Positions 9,266-18,845 of a stretch of DNA of 64,000 nt are shown in pieces. How positions within the stretch are numbered: position 1 is the stretch's first letter; every line of letters starts with the position of its first letter. Below the pieces are notes generated by a model that made no database searches, was not told the DNA's origin, and worked only from the letters and a program-made list of their open reading frames with translations. Where the stretch lies: contig JBBISH010000003.1 of the NCBI GenBank assembly GCA_037441385.1, forward strand, positions 47,192-111,191. Reading direction: 5' to 3'. The translations under genes were made by a program, and so were the position numbers. Source of the stretch: Myxococcales bacterium (GTDB lineage Bacteria > Myxococcota_A > UBA9042).

Positions 9266-10312
9266 ATGGTGGTTGCGTGGCAAGACGAACTCGACGCGGT
9301 GCGCGATCGCTGGGTCGCCGCCGCCGCCCAGGTGCCCGACTTGGCCGGCCTGCGGTCGCTGGAAGTGGAAGCGCTGGGCAAGCAAGGCGAAGTGACCCTG
9401 CTGGTCCGCAAAGTGGGCACCATTCCGCCTGAGGATCGGCGGGCCTACGGCGCGGCCGCAGCGGCCGTGAAAGGCCAGGTCGAGCAGGCCGTCGAAGCGC
9501 GCCGCCAAGGCCTGGAACGGGCCGAAGTCGAAGCGGAACTCGCCGATGACAGCTTTGACGAGACCGTGCCGGCCCACGCTGCCTTGGGGCGAGCGGCTCG
9601 CATGGGCCACAGCCACCCGCTCAGCCAAGTGCAGGCCGAAGTGGAGGCCGTGTTCACCTCGATGGGCTTCCACGTACTCGACTACCCCGAAGTCGAGAGC
9701 GAATTCGACAACTTCGAAGCCCTGAACATCCCGGCCTGGCACCCTGCGCGCGAGATGCAGGACACGTTTTGGCTCGAGGGCGGGCATTTGCTGCGCACCC
9801 ACACCTCATCGGGTCAAGTGCGGGCGATGCACGCGTTCCGGCCGCCGTTCCGGGCGATTTTCCCTGGCAAGGTCTACCGTTACGAGGCCACCGACGCGAG
9901 CCACGAGCACACCTTCCATCAGCTGGAGGGCCTGCTCATCGACCGCCACGTGTCGGTGGGCCACCTGCTCGACTCGATGCGCACGTTGCTGTCGGCGATC
10001 CTCAAACGCGACGTGGAAGTCCGTTTGCGGCCAGGCTATTTCCCGTTCGTGGAGCCGGGCTTCGAGCTCGATGTCCAGTGTCAGTTGTGCGGCGGCACGG
10101 GGTGCTCGGCGTGCAAGCAGTCCGGCTGGCTCGAATTGCTGCCGTGCGGGCTGGTGCACCCGCAAGTCCTGCGCGCCGGCGGCCTGGATCCGGCCGAATG
10201 GCAGGGCTGGGCCTTTGGCCTGGGCCTGTCGCGGCTGGTGATGATGCGCTTCCAAGTACCCGACGTCCGACTGCTTTTGTCGGGCGATCTCCGGTGGCTA
10301 AGCCAGTTCTGA
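9266..10312 (+). CDS. pheS: Phenylalanine--tRNA ligase alpha subunit
   Basis: AAGGAG RBS. Class II aaRS motifs (…FRPPFRAIFPGKVYR…, …FPFVEPGFELDV…GWLELLPCGLVHP…). Confidence 0.95.
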   Translation: MVVAWQDELDAVRDRWVAAAAQVPDLAGLRSLEVEALGKQGEVTLLVRKVGTIPPEDRRAYGAAAAAVKGQVEQAVEARRQGLERAEVEAELADDSFDETVPAHAALGRAARMGHSHPLSQVQAEVEAVFTSMGFHVLDYPEVESEFDNFEALNIPAWHPAREMQDTFWLEGGHLLRTHTSSGQVRAMHAFRPPFRAIFPGKVYRYEATDASHEHTFHQLEGLLIDRHVSVGHLLDSMRTLLSAILKRDVEVRLRPGYFPFVEPGFELDVQCQLCGGTGCSACKQSGWLELLPCGLVHPQVLRAGGLDPAEWQGWAFGLGLSRLVMMRFQVPDVRLLLSGDLRWLSQF

Positions 10313-10351
10313 ATACGCCAACCATAGGCCGCGCAGGCCGGCAGGTCGACC

Positions 10352-13021
10352 ATGATCGTCTCCTGGAAGTGGATTTCGCAGTGGGTCGACACCCAGGGCG
10401 TCGATCCCCTTGAGTTCGCCAAGCGTTTTACCTGCACGGTCGCCGAGATCGACGGCGTGCACCGCTGGGGCCACGGCCTGCGGGGCGTGCTGGTCGGCGA
10501 CGTGATCGGCGTCGCGCCCCACCCCAATGCCGACAAACTCCGCCTAGCGACGGTGGATCTGGGCAGTCGCCAGGTGCAGGTGGTGTGCGGCGCGCCGGAC
10601 CTGCGGCTGGGGATGCGCGTGCCGTTCGTGCCGCCGGGGATCAAGTTGCCGTCGGGCATCGAGGTCCGCGACGGAGAGGTGCGCGGCATCAAGTCGCCGG
10701 GCATGCTGGCATCCGAGGCGGATCTGGGCCTGAGCGACGACCACGGCGGGCTGCTGTCGCTGGACGGCGTGCACGCCCCGGCGGGCACCGACCTCACGCA
10801 AGCGGTCGATATCGAAGACGTCTTGTACGAGGTCGACAACAAGTCGATCACCCACCGCCCGGACCTGTGGGGCCAGTACGGTGTGGCGCGCGAAGTGGCG
10901 GCGATGCTGAACAAGCCGCTGCAGCCTTTGGATCTTCGGGTGAATTTGGCTGCGGGCGCGCCGGTCGACGTGGCGGTAGAGACGCCGCTGTGCCCTCGCT
11001 ATTGCTGTGCCCGCGTCGCCGGGGTGACCACGGCGCCGTCGCCGGTGGGCCTGCGCCTGCTGCTGCGGCGGCTGGGGGTGCGGCCGATCAGCAATGTGGT
11101 CGACGCAACCAACCTGGTGATGCTCGAGACGGGCAACCCGTTGCACGCCTTTGACGCGCGCTACGTCCGCGGCAACCAGATTCGCGTGCGGGCGGCGCGG
11201 CCGGGCGAAGTCGTCCGCACGCTGGACGGCCAGGATCGCAGCTTGGTGCCCGCGGATCTGGTGATCGCCGACGGCGAAGGTCCAGTGGCGCTGGCGGGCG
11301 TGATGGGCGGCGGCGACTCCGAGATCCGCGAGGATACGCGCGAGATCATCTTGGAGGCCGCGGCCTTCGACGCGGCGACCGTGCGCAAGACCGCGATGCG
11401 TGTCGGTCTGCGCACCGAGTCCTCGGCCCGCTTCGAGAAAGCGCTGGATCCCGAGCTGGCGCACACGGCGGCGCTGCGCTTCTTGCGGACGCTGCTGGAT
11501 CTTTGCCCGGGTGCGCAGGTCGCAAGCGAGCTGCTGGACGCGGGCGACTTTGCCCGGCAGCGGCCGCCCACGCGCGTCATCGTCAGTCATTGCGACTACC
11601 TGCGGTCGCGCTTGGGCGTCAATAAGACCGAGATGCCAGACGCGTGGATCGTCCACTGCTTGCGCAGCCTTGAGTTTGGCGTCGATCCGCAGCCCAGCGG
11701 CGAATTGGCCGTGCGCGTGCCTACCTACCGCGCCACCAAAGACATCCATCACGCCGAAGACTTGGTCGAAGAGCTGGGACGCCACTACGGCTACCACCGC
11801 ATCGCCAGCCAGGCGCCGCTGATCCCGTCGCGGCCAGCCTACACGCCGGGGACGCGCCTGGCCGAGCGCAAGATTCGCGCGGCGCTGACGCTGCAGCAAG
11901 GCCTGTGCGAAGTGCTGCTCTATGGGTTTGACCACGATGGCCAGCGTCAACGCTTGAGCCTGGCCGAGCCGGGTCTGGGCCGGATGGCCGTGCGCAACGC
12001 CATTTCGCGCGATCAGGGTACGCTCCGCCGCAACTTGGCGCCCAACCTGATCGCCGCGGTGGAGCAGAACCTGCTTCGCGGCGATGGCAAAGAGGCCCCG
12101 CGCGAGGGTTTTGTCGTAGGGCTGTTCGAGTTGGGGCGCGTGTTTGTGCCCGTGGCCGGGCGCACGCTGCCGCAGGCCGAGCGCGATGCGCTGGATCTGG
12201 GCTTGCCCGATCTGGCCAGCGAGCCCGACCACGATCCATTGCGTCAGGCTTGGCTGGGCCGCTTGGGTCCAGAAATGCAGGCGGCGGTCCGCGGCGTGCT
12301 GGCGGCGGACAACCCGCTACCATTGCAACCGATTCGCTTGGGCATCGCGATCGGCGAACGCTTGGGCGGCGGCGCCGAAGGGGCCAAGCGCACGCGTCCG
12401 CAAAAGGCCGTGAGCCAGCGCGTCTTTGCCGAGGCGGTGGCGGCGGTACAGAGCGCGGCGCGGGCCTTGGGCAAGGCCGAGCTGAGCGTGTCGGCGGCGG
12501 TGGCAGGGACCGACACCGAGCAACTGCCGGCGGCGGCTCCGGATTGGGCAACGACTTGGCGGCACCCGCAGCGCTGCGGCTGGCTGCGCGGGGCCAACAG
12601 CGCAGTGGTGGGCCTGGTCACGCTGCTGCATCCCGACGTGCGCCACGCCCTGGATGTGCCGGCCGAGGTGGCCGTAGCCGAGCTGAACCTGGAAGCGCTG
12701 CTGGCGCTCCCCGACGCGCCGGTCAGCGGTCAAGCGCCGGCACGCCATCCGGGTGCCAGCGTCGATTTGACCGTGCCTGTGGCCGCCAGCATTCGCCAAG
12801 CGTGGGTCTGCGCGGCGGTCTTGGCGGACTTGCAGGCGGCGAACTTGCCCGCTGTGGCTGTCCGCTACCTGTACGAGTACGAAGCACCGGGCGGCGCGCG
12901 CAGCATAACCCTGCGCGTAGACTGCCGAACTAGCGAGCGCAGCCTGACCTCGGCCGAGCTGGAGGCCGTCTTGGCCGCCGCCCGCCTCAGCGCCGGGCAG
13001 CACGGGCGGAGCGCATCATGA
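10352..13021 (+). CDS. pheT: Phenylalanine--tRNA ligase beta subunit
   Basis: Canonical N-terminus MIVSWKWISQWVD; has tRNA-binding, B3/B4, B5 and FDX-ACB-like regions; lies immediately after pheS. Confidence 0.95.
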   Translation: MIVSWKWISQWVDTQGVDPLEFAKRFTCTVAEIDGVHRWGHGLRGVLVGDVIGVAPHPNADKLRLATVDLGSRQVQVVCGAPDLRLGMRVPFVPPGIKLPSGIEVRDGEVRGIKSPGMLASEADLGLSDDHGGLLSLDGVHAPAGTDLTQAVDIEDVLYEVDNKSITHRPDLWGQYGVAREVAAMLNKPLQPLDLRVNLAAGAPVDVAVETPLCPRYCCARVAGVTTAPSPVGLRLLLRRLGVRPISNVVDATNLVMLETGNPLHAFDARYVRGNQIRVRAARPGEVVRTLDGQDRSLVPADLVIADGEGPVALAGVMGGGDSEIREDTREIILEAAAFDAATVRKTAMRVGLRTESSARFEKALDPELAHTAALRFLRTLLDLCPGAQVASELLDAGDFARQRPPTRVIVSHCDYLRSRLGVNKTEMPDAWIVHCLRSLEFGVDPQPSGELAVRVPTYRATKDIHHAEDLVEELGRHYGYHRIASQAPLIPSRPAYTPGTRLAERKIRAALTLQQGLCEVLLYGFDHDGQRQRLSLAEPGLGRMAVRNAISRDQGTLRRNLAPNLIAAVEQNLLRGDGKEAPREGFVVGLFELGRVFVPVAGRTLPQAERDALDLGLPDLASEPDHDPLRQAWLGRLGPEMQAAVRGVLAADNPLPLQPIRLGIAIGERLGGGAEGAKRTRPQKAVSQRVFAEAVAAVQSAARALGKAELSVSAAVAGTDTEQLPAAAPDWATTWRHPQRCGWLRGANSAVVGLVTLLHPDVRHALDVPAEVAVAELNLEALLALPDAPVSGQAPARHPGASVDLTVPVAASIRQAWVCAAVLADLQAANLPAVAVRYLYEYEAPGGARSITLRVDCRTSERSLTSAELEAVLAAARLSAGQHGRSAS

Positions 13022-14178
13022 CCGAGTATGGCCAGCGGGTTTTGTACTTGTCGGGCCCGATCGAGCCGCCCTGGACGCGCACCGACAAGAACTTGGTGCG
13101 CGGCGTGGCGACCCATCTGAAGCGCTACCGGCCGCGCGTGCTCACCCACGAGGGCGTGCTGTCACAGGATCCGGGCGTCGAGACCGAGCCGGCCTGGGGA
13201 CCGCGCGTTGGCGGCCATACCTCGGTCGGGCGGCGGCTGGGCCTGTTCGCCAAGCTGATCGACATGCACGATGTGGCGTTGCTGCACCTGTTCTGGCCGG
13301 CGGATCGGCTGGTGGCCAGCGTGGTGCGCGCTGGCAGTCGCCTGAACGGCCTGCCGGTGGTCCACACGTTGGTGCACCCGCCGCGAACCACGGTGGGCGT
13401 CGGCGCTGGGCTGGTCGGGTCGACAGTAGTGTGCCTGAGCGACGAGACCGAACAGTCGCTGAATGCGGAAGGAATCCGCAACACCGTGCGCATTCCTGTC
13501 GGCATCGAAGTGGGCCAACCGCTGTCGGCGGGCGACAAGGCCGCCATCCGGCGCAAGTATCGAATCCCGCTGGATCTTCCCGTGGTGGTGTACGCCGGCG
13601 ACTATGCCCACGATCGCGCCGCTCGCACGGTGGCCGCCTCGATGCCGCGGGTGCTTCGCCAGATGGACTGCCACTTTGTGATGGCGTGCCGGATCCGCGA
13701 CGACGACGACGCTCAAGAAGAGCACCGCATCCAAGAGGCGATCGCCGCCGATGGCTTGGCCGAGAAGGTGACATTTCTAAACGAAGTCAAGAGTTTGCGC
13801 GACCTACTCTCGATCGCTTCGGTGCAGGTGTTTCCGGCCGACCACCACTACGAGAAGATGGAACTACCGATGGTCCTGCTCGAAGGCATGGCCGAGGGCG
13901 TGGCGCTGGTGGTGGCGACCAAGCCGCCGCTCACCGAGCTGGTCCACGCTGGCGTCGCCATCGGCATTCCGCCGGCGGATCCCATGGGATTGGCGGTGCC
14001 GGTGGTCGAGCTGTTGCGGCAGCCGGAGCGGGCGCGCGCGATCGGCGAGGCGGGGCGCGAATTGGTGAGCGAGCGCTTTGACATCCGCAAAGTGGCCGCG
14101 CAGTACGAAGAGCTGTACGACGAGGTTCTGGCGCGGCACAAAGTCCGCAGTTCTGGGCACTTCTGGGGCTTGGTGTAG
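13018..14178 (+). CDS. Glycosyltransferase family 4 (GT-B, group 1)
   Basis: ATGA overlap with the pheT stop. The C-terminal GT1 domain has an E..G motif region (…LLEGMAEGVALVVAT…). Confidence 0.75.
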   Translation: MTEYGQRVLYLSGPIEPPWTRTDKNLVRGVATHLKRYRPRVLTHEGVLSQDPGVETEPAWGPRVGGHTSVGRRLGLFAKLIDMHDVALLHLFWPADRLVASVVRAGSRLNGLPVVHTLVHPPRTTVGVGAGLVGSTVVCLSDETEQSLNAEGIRNTVRIPVGIEVGQPLSAGDKAAIRRKYRIPLDLPVVVYAGDYAHDRAARTVAASMPRVLRQMDCHFVMACRIRDDDDAQEEHRIQEAIAADGLAEKVTFLNEVKSLRDLLSIASVQVFPADHHYEKMELPMVLLEGMAEGVALVVATKPPLTELVHAGVAIGIPPADPMGLAVPVVELLRQPERARAIGEAGRELVSERFDIRKVAAQYEELYDEVLARHKVRSSGHFWGLV

Positions 14179-14184
14179 GCGCAG

Positions 14185-15288
14185 ATGGACGCGGGGATGC
14201 CGGCGCAGGCGTGCGCGTGTACGTGGGGGTATGTCGCGGCCGCGGTGACGCTGCTGGCCCTTGCGACCTGGGCGCACCTGAAGTTCTGGGTGGCGCGCCT
14301 GCAGCGGCCGCTGCACTACGACGAGTCTCACCGCATCGACACGCCCGACGGGTCGGCCTTTGACCTGTACCGCCTGGGCCCTGGTACCGCCACGTTGCCG
14401 CCGGTGCTGCTGGTGCACGGCGTTGCGATCAACCACCGCAACCTGGACACGGACGAGAACGTCTCGCTGGCCAGGCACTTGCAGCATCTGGGCCGCGACG
14501 TGTGGTTGCTGCGACTGCGCTGCGGTCGCCACGACCTGAGCCGGCGCGAGCGCCTGACCACCTCGTTTGCCACGCTGGCTCAGTACGACGTGCCGCTGGC
14601 GGCCGCCGAGGTGCTGCGGCGCACCGGCAAGAACCAGTTGGACTACGTGGGTTTTTCCATGGGCGGCATCTTGCTCTACGCCACCTTGGGGCGGGCGCTG
14701 CCGGCCGAGCACGTGCGCCGTGCGGTGATCATGGGCTCGCCGGGGCGAATTGGCGTGATCGTGCCCGGCTTTGGCTGGTTGCGACGGCTGCCGGCCCACT
14801 GGATGCCTAGCGCGCCATTTCGCTTGCTGTCGCAGCTGGTGGCGTTTGCCTGCGAGTGGTTCGATACGCCGATGACGCGCCAGCTCTGTAACTTGGCCAA
14901 TTGCACGCCCGGCTCGGTGCGCCTGACCCTGGTCGAGGCCGTGGCCAGCGTCCCGGGCCCACTGGTCCACGACTTCGTGCGGTTTGCCTACACCGACCAC
15001 AAGGTGCGCTTGGCCGATGGCCGCGACATCCTGGACGATCTGGCCCGCATCGCCGTGCCGGTGCGCTTCTTTGCCGGCGCCGCCGATCGCTTGGGGCCGC
15101 CGCGCGCCCTGCAGACCGCTTTCGAGCGCTGGGGCGCCGCGCAACCGCAGATCGATAAGCACCTGACCATCTTGGGCAAAGCCCACGGCTACAGCGCGGA
15201 CTACGGCCACGCCGACTTGTCGATCGGCCGGCAAGCCGAGCGCGAAGTCTTTGAGCCAATCGGCGAATTCTTGGGAGCTGAAGCCTGA
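14185..15288 (+). CDS. Alpha/beta-fold hydrolase
   Basis: Nucleophile elbow GFSMGG. The N-terminus is hydrophobic, suggesting a membrane anchor. Confidence 0.7.
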   Translation: MDAGMPAQACACTWGYVAAAVTLLALATWAHLKFWVARLQRPLHYDESHRIDTPDGSAFDLYRLGPGTATLPPVLLVHGVAINHRNLDTDENVSLARHLQHLGRDVWLLRLRCGRHDLSRRERLTTSFATLAQYDVPLAAAEVLRRTGKNQLDYVGFSMGGILLYATLGRALPAEHVRRAVIMGSPGRIGVIVPGFGWLRRLPAHWMPSAPFRLLSQLVAFACEWFDTPMTRQLCNLANCTPGSVRLTLVEAVASVPGPLVHDFVRFAYTDHKVRLADGRDILDDLARIAVPVRFFAGAADRLGPPRALQTAFERWGAAQPQIDKHLTILGKAHGYSADYGHADLSIGRQAEREVFEPIGEFLGAEA

Positions 15289-16430
15289 TGAGCCACCGCC
15301 CGCTGCGCATCGCCGTGGATGCCACCACTTGGGCGCCGGGCCGCACCGGCGTGGGCCTGTACACCGAGCGGCTGCTCACCGCGTGGCAGGCGCTGGGCAG
15401 CGGCGACGAATTGATCTTGTTTTCGAACAAGTTTCAAAGCGAGCCGGCGCGGTCCGGCCTGCCGGTCCATGGCCCGAACTTTCCCGTGCGGGCGGTGTGG
15501 CTGCAAGCGGCTTTTCCGTTGCAGCTTGCCCGGTTTCGTCCGGACGTGGCCTTCTACCCCAACTACCTGGCGCCGCTGTTGCCGCTGCCGGGCGTGCCGG
15601 CCGTACTGACCGTCCACGACCTGGCGGTGTTCCTGTACCCAGAGACTTTTACTTTCAAGAAGCGGGTGTTGCAGCGTGCCGCCCTGCCCTATCTAGTGCG
15701 TAGGGCTGCAGCGATCGTGACGCCGAGCGAGAGCACGCGCCGCGACCTGCTGCGCCTGTTGCATCCGCGGCCCGAGCGGGTGGTGGCGACGCCGTTGGCG
15801 GCCCCGGCGGACTTCGATCATCGCCCCGACGAGGCCATGATCGCCAAGTACCGCGCCGAGTTGCAGCTCCCGGATCGCTATGTGCTGGCCGTGGGCACGC
15901 TGGAGCCGCGCAAGAACCAAGTGCGGCTGCTGCGCGCGTTCGAGGCGCTGGCCGACCGCTTCCCCGATGTGCAGCTGGTGGTGGCCGGCGGCAAGGGCTG
16001 GCGCGACGACGAAATCTTGGCCTCCTTGGGCAACACACCGATCAAGCACCGGATTCGCTCGGTGGGTTACGTCACGCCGGAGGCGTTGAAAGTACTGTAC
16101 AGCCAGGCAATGTTACTCGGATATCCCAGCCTGTACGAGGGCTTTGGCCTGCCCGTCGCCGAGGCGATGGCGATGGGCACGCCCGTCCTGACTTCGCGCG
16201 GCTCCTCGCTCGACGAAGTGGCGGCGGGGGCGGCGATCGCCGTCGATCCGCTGAACCAGGCCGAGATCACCGCCGGGCTGGCGCGGCTGCTGGAAGACGC
16301 GGAACTTCGCCAGAGCCTTAGCGAAAAAGGTCTCAAACGGAGCGCAGAGCTCAGTTGGCGGCGCACCGCCGAGCAGACCCGCGAAGTGTTTCTGCGCGTG
16401 CGCGACGGCCGGCGGCCGGATGGGCAATAA
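15288..16430 (+). CDS. Glycosyltransferase family 4 (mannosyltransferase-like)
   Basis: TGATG overlap with the upstream gene. Typical GT4 C-terminal domain (…GYPSLYEGFGLPVAEAMAMGTPVLTS…). Confidence 0.85.
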   Translation: MSHRPLRIAVDATTWAPGRTGVGLYTERLLTAWQALGSGDELILFSNKFQSEPARSGLPVHGPNFPVRAVWLQAAFPLQLARFRPDVAFYPNYLAPLLPLPGVPAVLTVHDLAVFLYPETFTFKKRVLQRAALPYLVRRAAAIVTPSESTRRDLLRLLHPRPERVVATPLAAPADFDHRPDEAMIAKYRAELQLPDRYVLAVGTLEPRKNQVRLLRAFEALADRFPDVQLVVAGGKGWRDDEILASLGNTPIKHRIRSVGYVTPEALKVLYSQAMLLGYPSLYEGFGLPVAEAMAMGTPVLTSRGSSLDEVAAGAAIAVDPLNQAEITAGLARLLEDAELRQSLSEKGLKRSAELSWRRTAEQTREVFLRVRDGRRPDGQ

Positions 16431-16436
16431 CCCGCG

Positions 16437-16676
16437 ATGAGTTCAAACGATCTTCCGCTCGCGTGTCCGGTCACCCAGCAGCCGTTGACGGCGCTGCCGG
16501 ACAACGTACTGGCCGAGCTGCAGCAACTGGCGCAGATCCGGGCCTTGCGCAACGAAAACGCGGGATTGGTGGCCAGCGGTTTTGACGGTGCGCTACAGAC
16601 CGCCGACGGGACGCGCGCGTACCTGGTCTACGACGGCGTCGTGGATCTGCGCCCTGGTGCTGGGGTTTTGCTCTAG
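16437..16676 (+). CDS. Trm112/YcaR-like small protein (UPF0434 family)
   Basis: 79 aa. LACPVTQQPL resembles the LACPVC..L knuckle and AYLVYDGVVDL the conserved C-terminal strand of Trm112p-like proteins. Confidence 0.5.
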   Translation: MSSNDLPLACPVTQQPLTALPDNVLAELQQLAQIRALRNENAGLVASGFDGALQTADGTRAYLVYDGVVDLRPGAGVLL

Positions 16677-16847
16677 TCTGGCTTGCCTCCGTCGATCCAG
16701 AAGCAGCGCACCCCAGTATGGCGGCAATCTCGTTCGCTGGCGGTCCGCGCCCGGATCAACCACCGCGCCGGGACGGGCAGGTTGACAGCCCCGGCGATGC
16801 GGGCCTAGGCTGCTACCAGTCTATTCCAGCAGTGGAATTCGCAAGGT

Positions 16848-18101
16848 GTGCAGGTGGCGCCCGCCCCGACCGAGCCAGAACTCAGTACCGCAGTCCAGGC
16901 TCCCCGCCAAAGGCGATGGCTGCGCTGGCTCGCCGCGTTGGGCGCACTGGCGGCGCTGGCGCTGGCGGTGGACTGGCTCCTGACGCCGGGGCCGGGGACG
17001 TTACTGCTCCAAGAAGTGCGCCCATCCAGATTCTTGGCTCCCGCGGTGAGCGTCGCCGTAATGCGGGATCAACCCGTTTTGCTGCGGTTTCCGAGCAGGA
17101 ACACGGCCGACCTCCTGTCGGTGCGCCGGTTGGCGGGTGGCGTCGCGCTGCCGCTGCCGGTCAGCACGCCGGCCTGGGAATGGCCCCCGTTGGAAGTCGG
17201 CGATCACAACTTCGTGGTCGCCGATGACCGGTTGTTCGTTGTGGAAGTGGCCATTGGTCGGTACCTTGCCAATACCGGCGTGCGGTCACCTGACGGCGGC
17301 CGAGATTGCCTGAGCGTGGTGCCACTCGCGGGCGGCCCCGCCCTGCGCCGCTGCCACTCACCTTCGTTGGACGTCTGGAGCATCGTGCCGGTGGATGCCG
17401 TCGATCGCGACGTGTACTACGCCGGATACTGGCAGGATCACGACGCGGTCGCCCTGGCCGTCGCCGCCGGCGATGGTACCTGGCGTCGGCTCGATGTGGT
17501 CAGCCACGCGCACAACGACACGGACAATGTCGGCAATATCGTCCACGACCGCGACGCCATCTACTGGTCCACTCGGGCCCAGGTGCGGCGCGTAGATCGC
17601 AATAGTGGCCGTGTTCGAACGGTCTTCCACGTCGACTTGCCCACGGGCCGAGAGATCGGCGACGAGCTTGCGCCGCACTTGACCATGGTCGGCCGGACTT
17701 TGGTGGTCGCGTCCTACTCTAGCCTGAGCCCAGACGACTCCGTGCGGCCGGTCTACGCCTTGGATCCCAACCGCGAGGCCCGCGCTTCCACCACCGAACC
17801 GTTTGCCAAGCTGAAATTCACACCCTATCAGTCCACGACCGATGGCGTTGCGCTGTACGGTGCGGGCTCGAGGCGCATCTGGCGCTTGGACCTGGACGGT
17901 CATGCCCAGGCGCTGGCCTCCGTCGATTCAGGCTTCAAGTTGGCAGACTTGGCCGTTGCCGGCGATCGGGTCATCTACGTGGCAGGTTCGTTCCCAGGGC
18001 TCCTCCAGGCACCCAACGACGTGAGCGCCACGACGGCAGACCACCTCGGCGACACGCAAGTAGAACCGAGGACTTACAAGGTCTGGTCCGTGCCCAAGTA
18101 G
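16848..18101 (+). CDS. Hypothetical membrane-anchored protein, possibly a beta-propeller
   Basis: N-terminal TM/signal (WLRWLAALGALAALALAV); recurrent aromatic Y/W-containing blades; no motif recognised. Confidence 0.5.
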   Translation: MQVAPAPTEPELSTAVQAPRQRRWLRWLAALGALAALALAVDWLLTPGPGTLLLQEVRPSRFLAPAVSVAVMRDQPVLLRFPSRNTADLLSVRRLAGGVALPLPVSTPAWEWPPLEVGDHNFVVADDRLFVVEVAIGRYLANTGVRSPDGGRDCLSVVPLAGGPALRRCHSPSLDVWSIVPVDAVDRDVYYAGYWQDHDAVALAVAAGDGTWRRLDVVSHAHNDTDNVGNIVHDRDAIYWSTRAQVRRVDRNSGRVRTVFHVDLPTGREIGDELAPHLTMVGRTLVVASYSSLSPDDSVRPVYALDPNREARASTTEPFAKLKFTPYQSTTDGVALYGAGSRRIWRLDLDGHAQALASVDSGFKLADLAVAGDRVIYVAGSFPGLLQAPNDVSATTADHLGDTQVEPRTYKVWSVPK

Positions 18102-18156
18102 CCCGCGGCTCGGGCCCAGGCTGCTGCCGAAACCGCACCAGCCCGCAGGAGCCCGC

Positions 18157-18759
18157 CTACACGATCCCCCACCACCGCCGCAGATCCAGCCCCACCGCGT
18201 CGAACGGCCGCAGCTTGACGCGCCGCTGCCGTCCTTCGGCGGTCTGGACGATGCTGTAGGCGCCCTCGCGCAGCTCCAGTACCTCCACAGTCTCGAGCAG
18301 CGGGTCGACCAGCCACAGGTGCTGCACGCCCTGCTTGGCGTAGATCGGCAGCTTGCGCATGCGGTCATGGCGAGCGGTACTTGGCGACACCACTTCGCAC
18401 ACCCAGTCGGGCGCCAGCTCGATCCAGGGCGCTTCGCTGCGGGCGGGCATGCGCTCCAACCGCCAACCGGCCAGGTCGGGCACGATCACCTGTGGTGCCT
18501 CGTAGGGCCCCGGAAAGTGCAGCTCGGGCTCGAACAGGATGCGCCAGCCGCCGGGTGTGCGCGGACCACCGCCGCGGCCGAAGAATGCGCCAATCAGCTG
18601 CCCGCCCAGGACCGACGCTGCCTCGGTATGCGCCCCACCCGGCCGCGGCGACAGCACCAGCTCGCCGTCCAGGATTTCGGCGATCTTGTGCTCGGGCGCG
18701 GCCACCACGTCGTCATAGGTGGCGATGTTTCGCTCGGATTTGCGCGCTGTTGCCGGCAT
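18157..18759 (-). CDS. Uma2-family (DUF820) putative restriction-endonuclease-like protein
   Basis: Start MPATARK (cat verified at 18757-18759). YDDV..PE.K.E..DGELV.SP....H and a later D..E.sP core are typical of Uma2 family proteins. Confidence 0.65.
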   Translation of the reverse strand: MPATARKSERNIATYDDVVAAPEHKIAEILDGELVLSPRPGGAHTEAASVLGGQLIGAFFGRGGGPRTPGGWRILFEPELHFPGPYEAPQVIVPDLAGWRLERMPARSEAPWIELAPDWVCEVVSPSTARHDRMRKLPIYAKQGVQHLWLVDPLLETVEVLELREGAYSIVQTAEGRQRRVKLRPFDAVGLDLRRWWGIV

Positions 18760-18845
18760 GTTCCACCTCTGCAGCTGTCCACCAGCATAGCACACGCGCC
18801 AGCGGCATCGACACTGCAGAGGCCCGGCCTCGTGGCCGGAGGCCG

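Noticed and set aside
10544-12232. 562-aa minus-strand ORF
   Set aside because: It is antisense to pheT. It is a GC-frame artefact.
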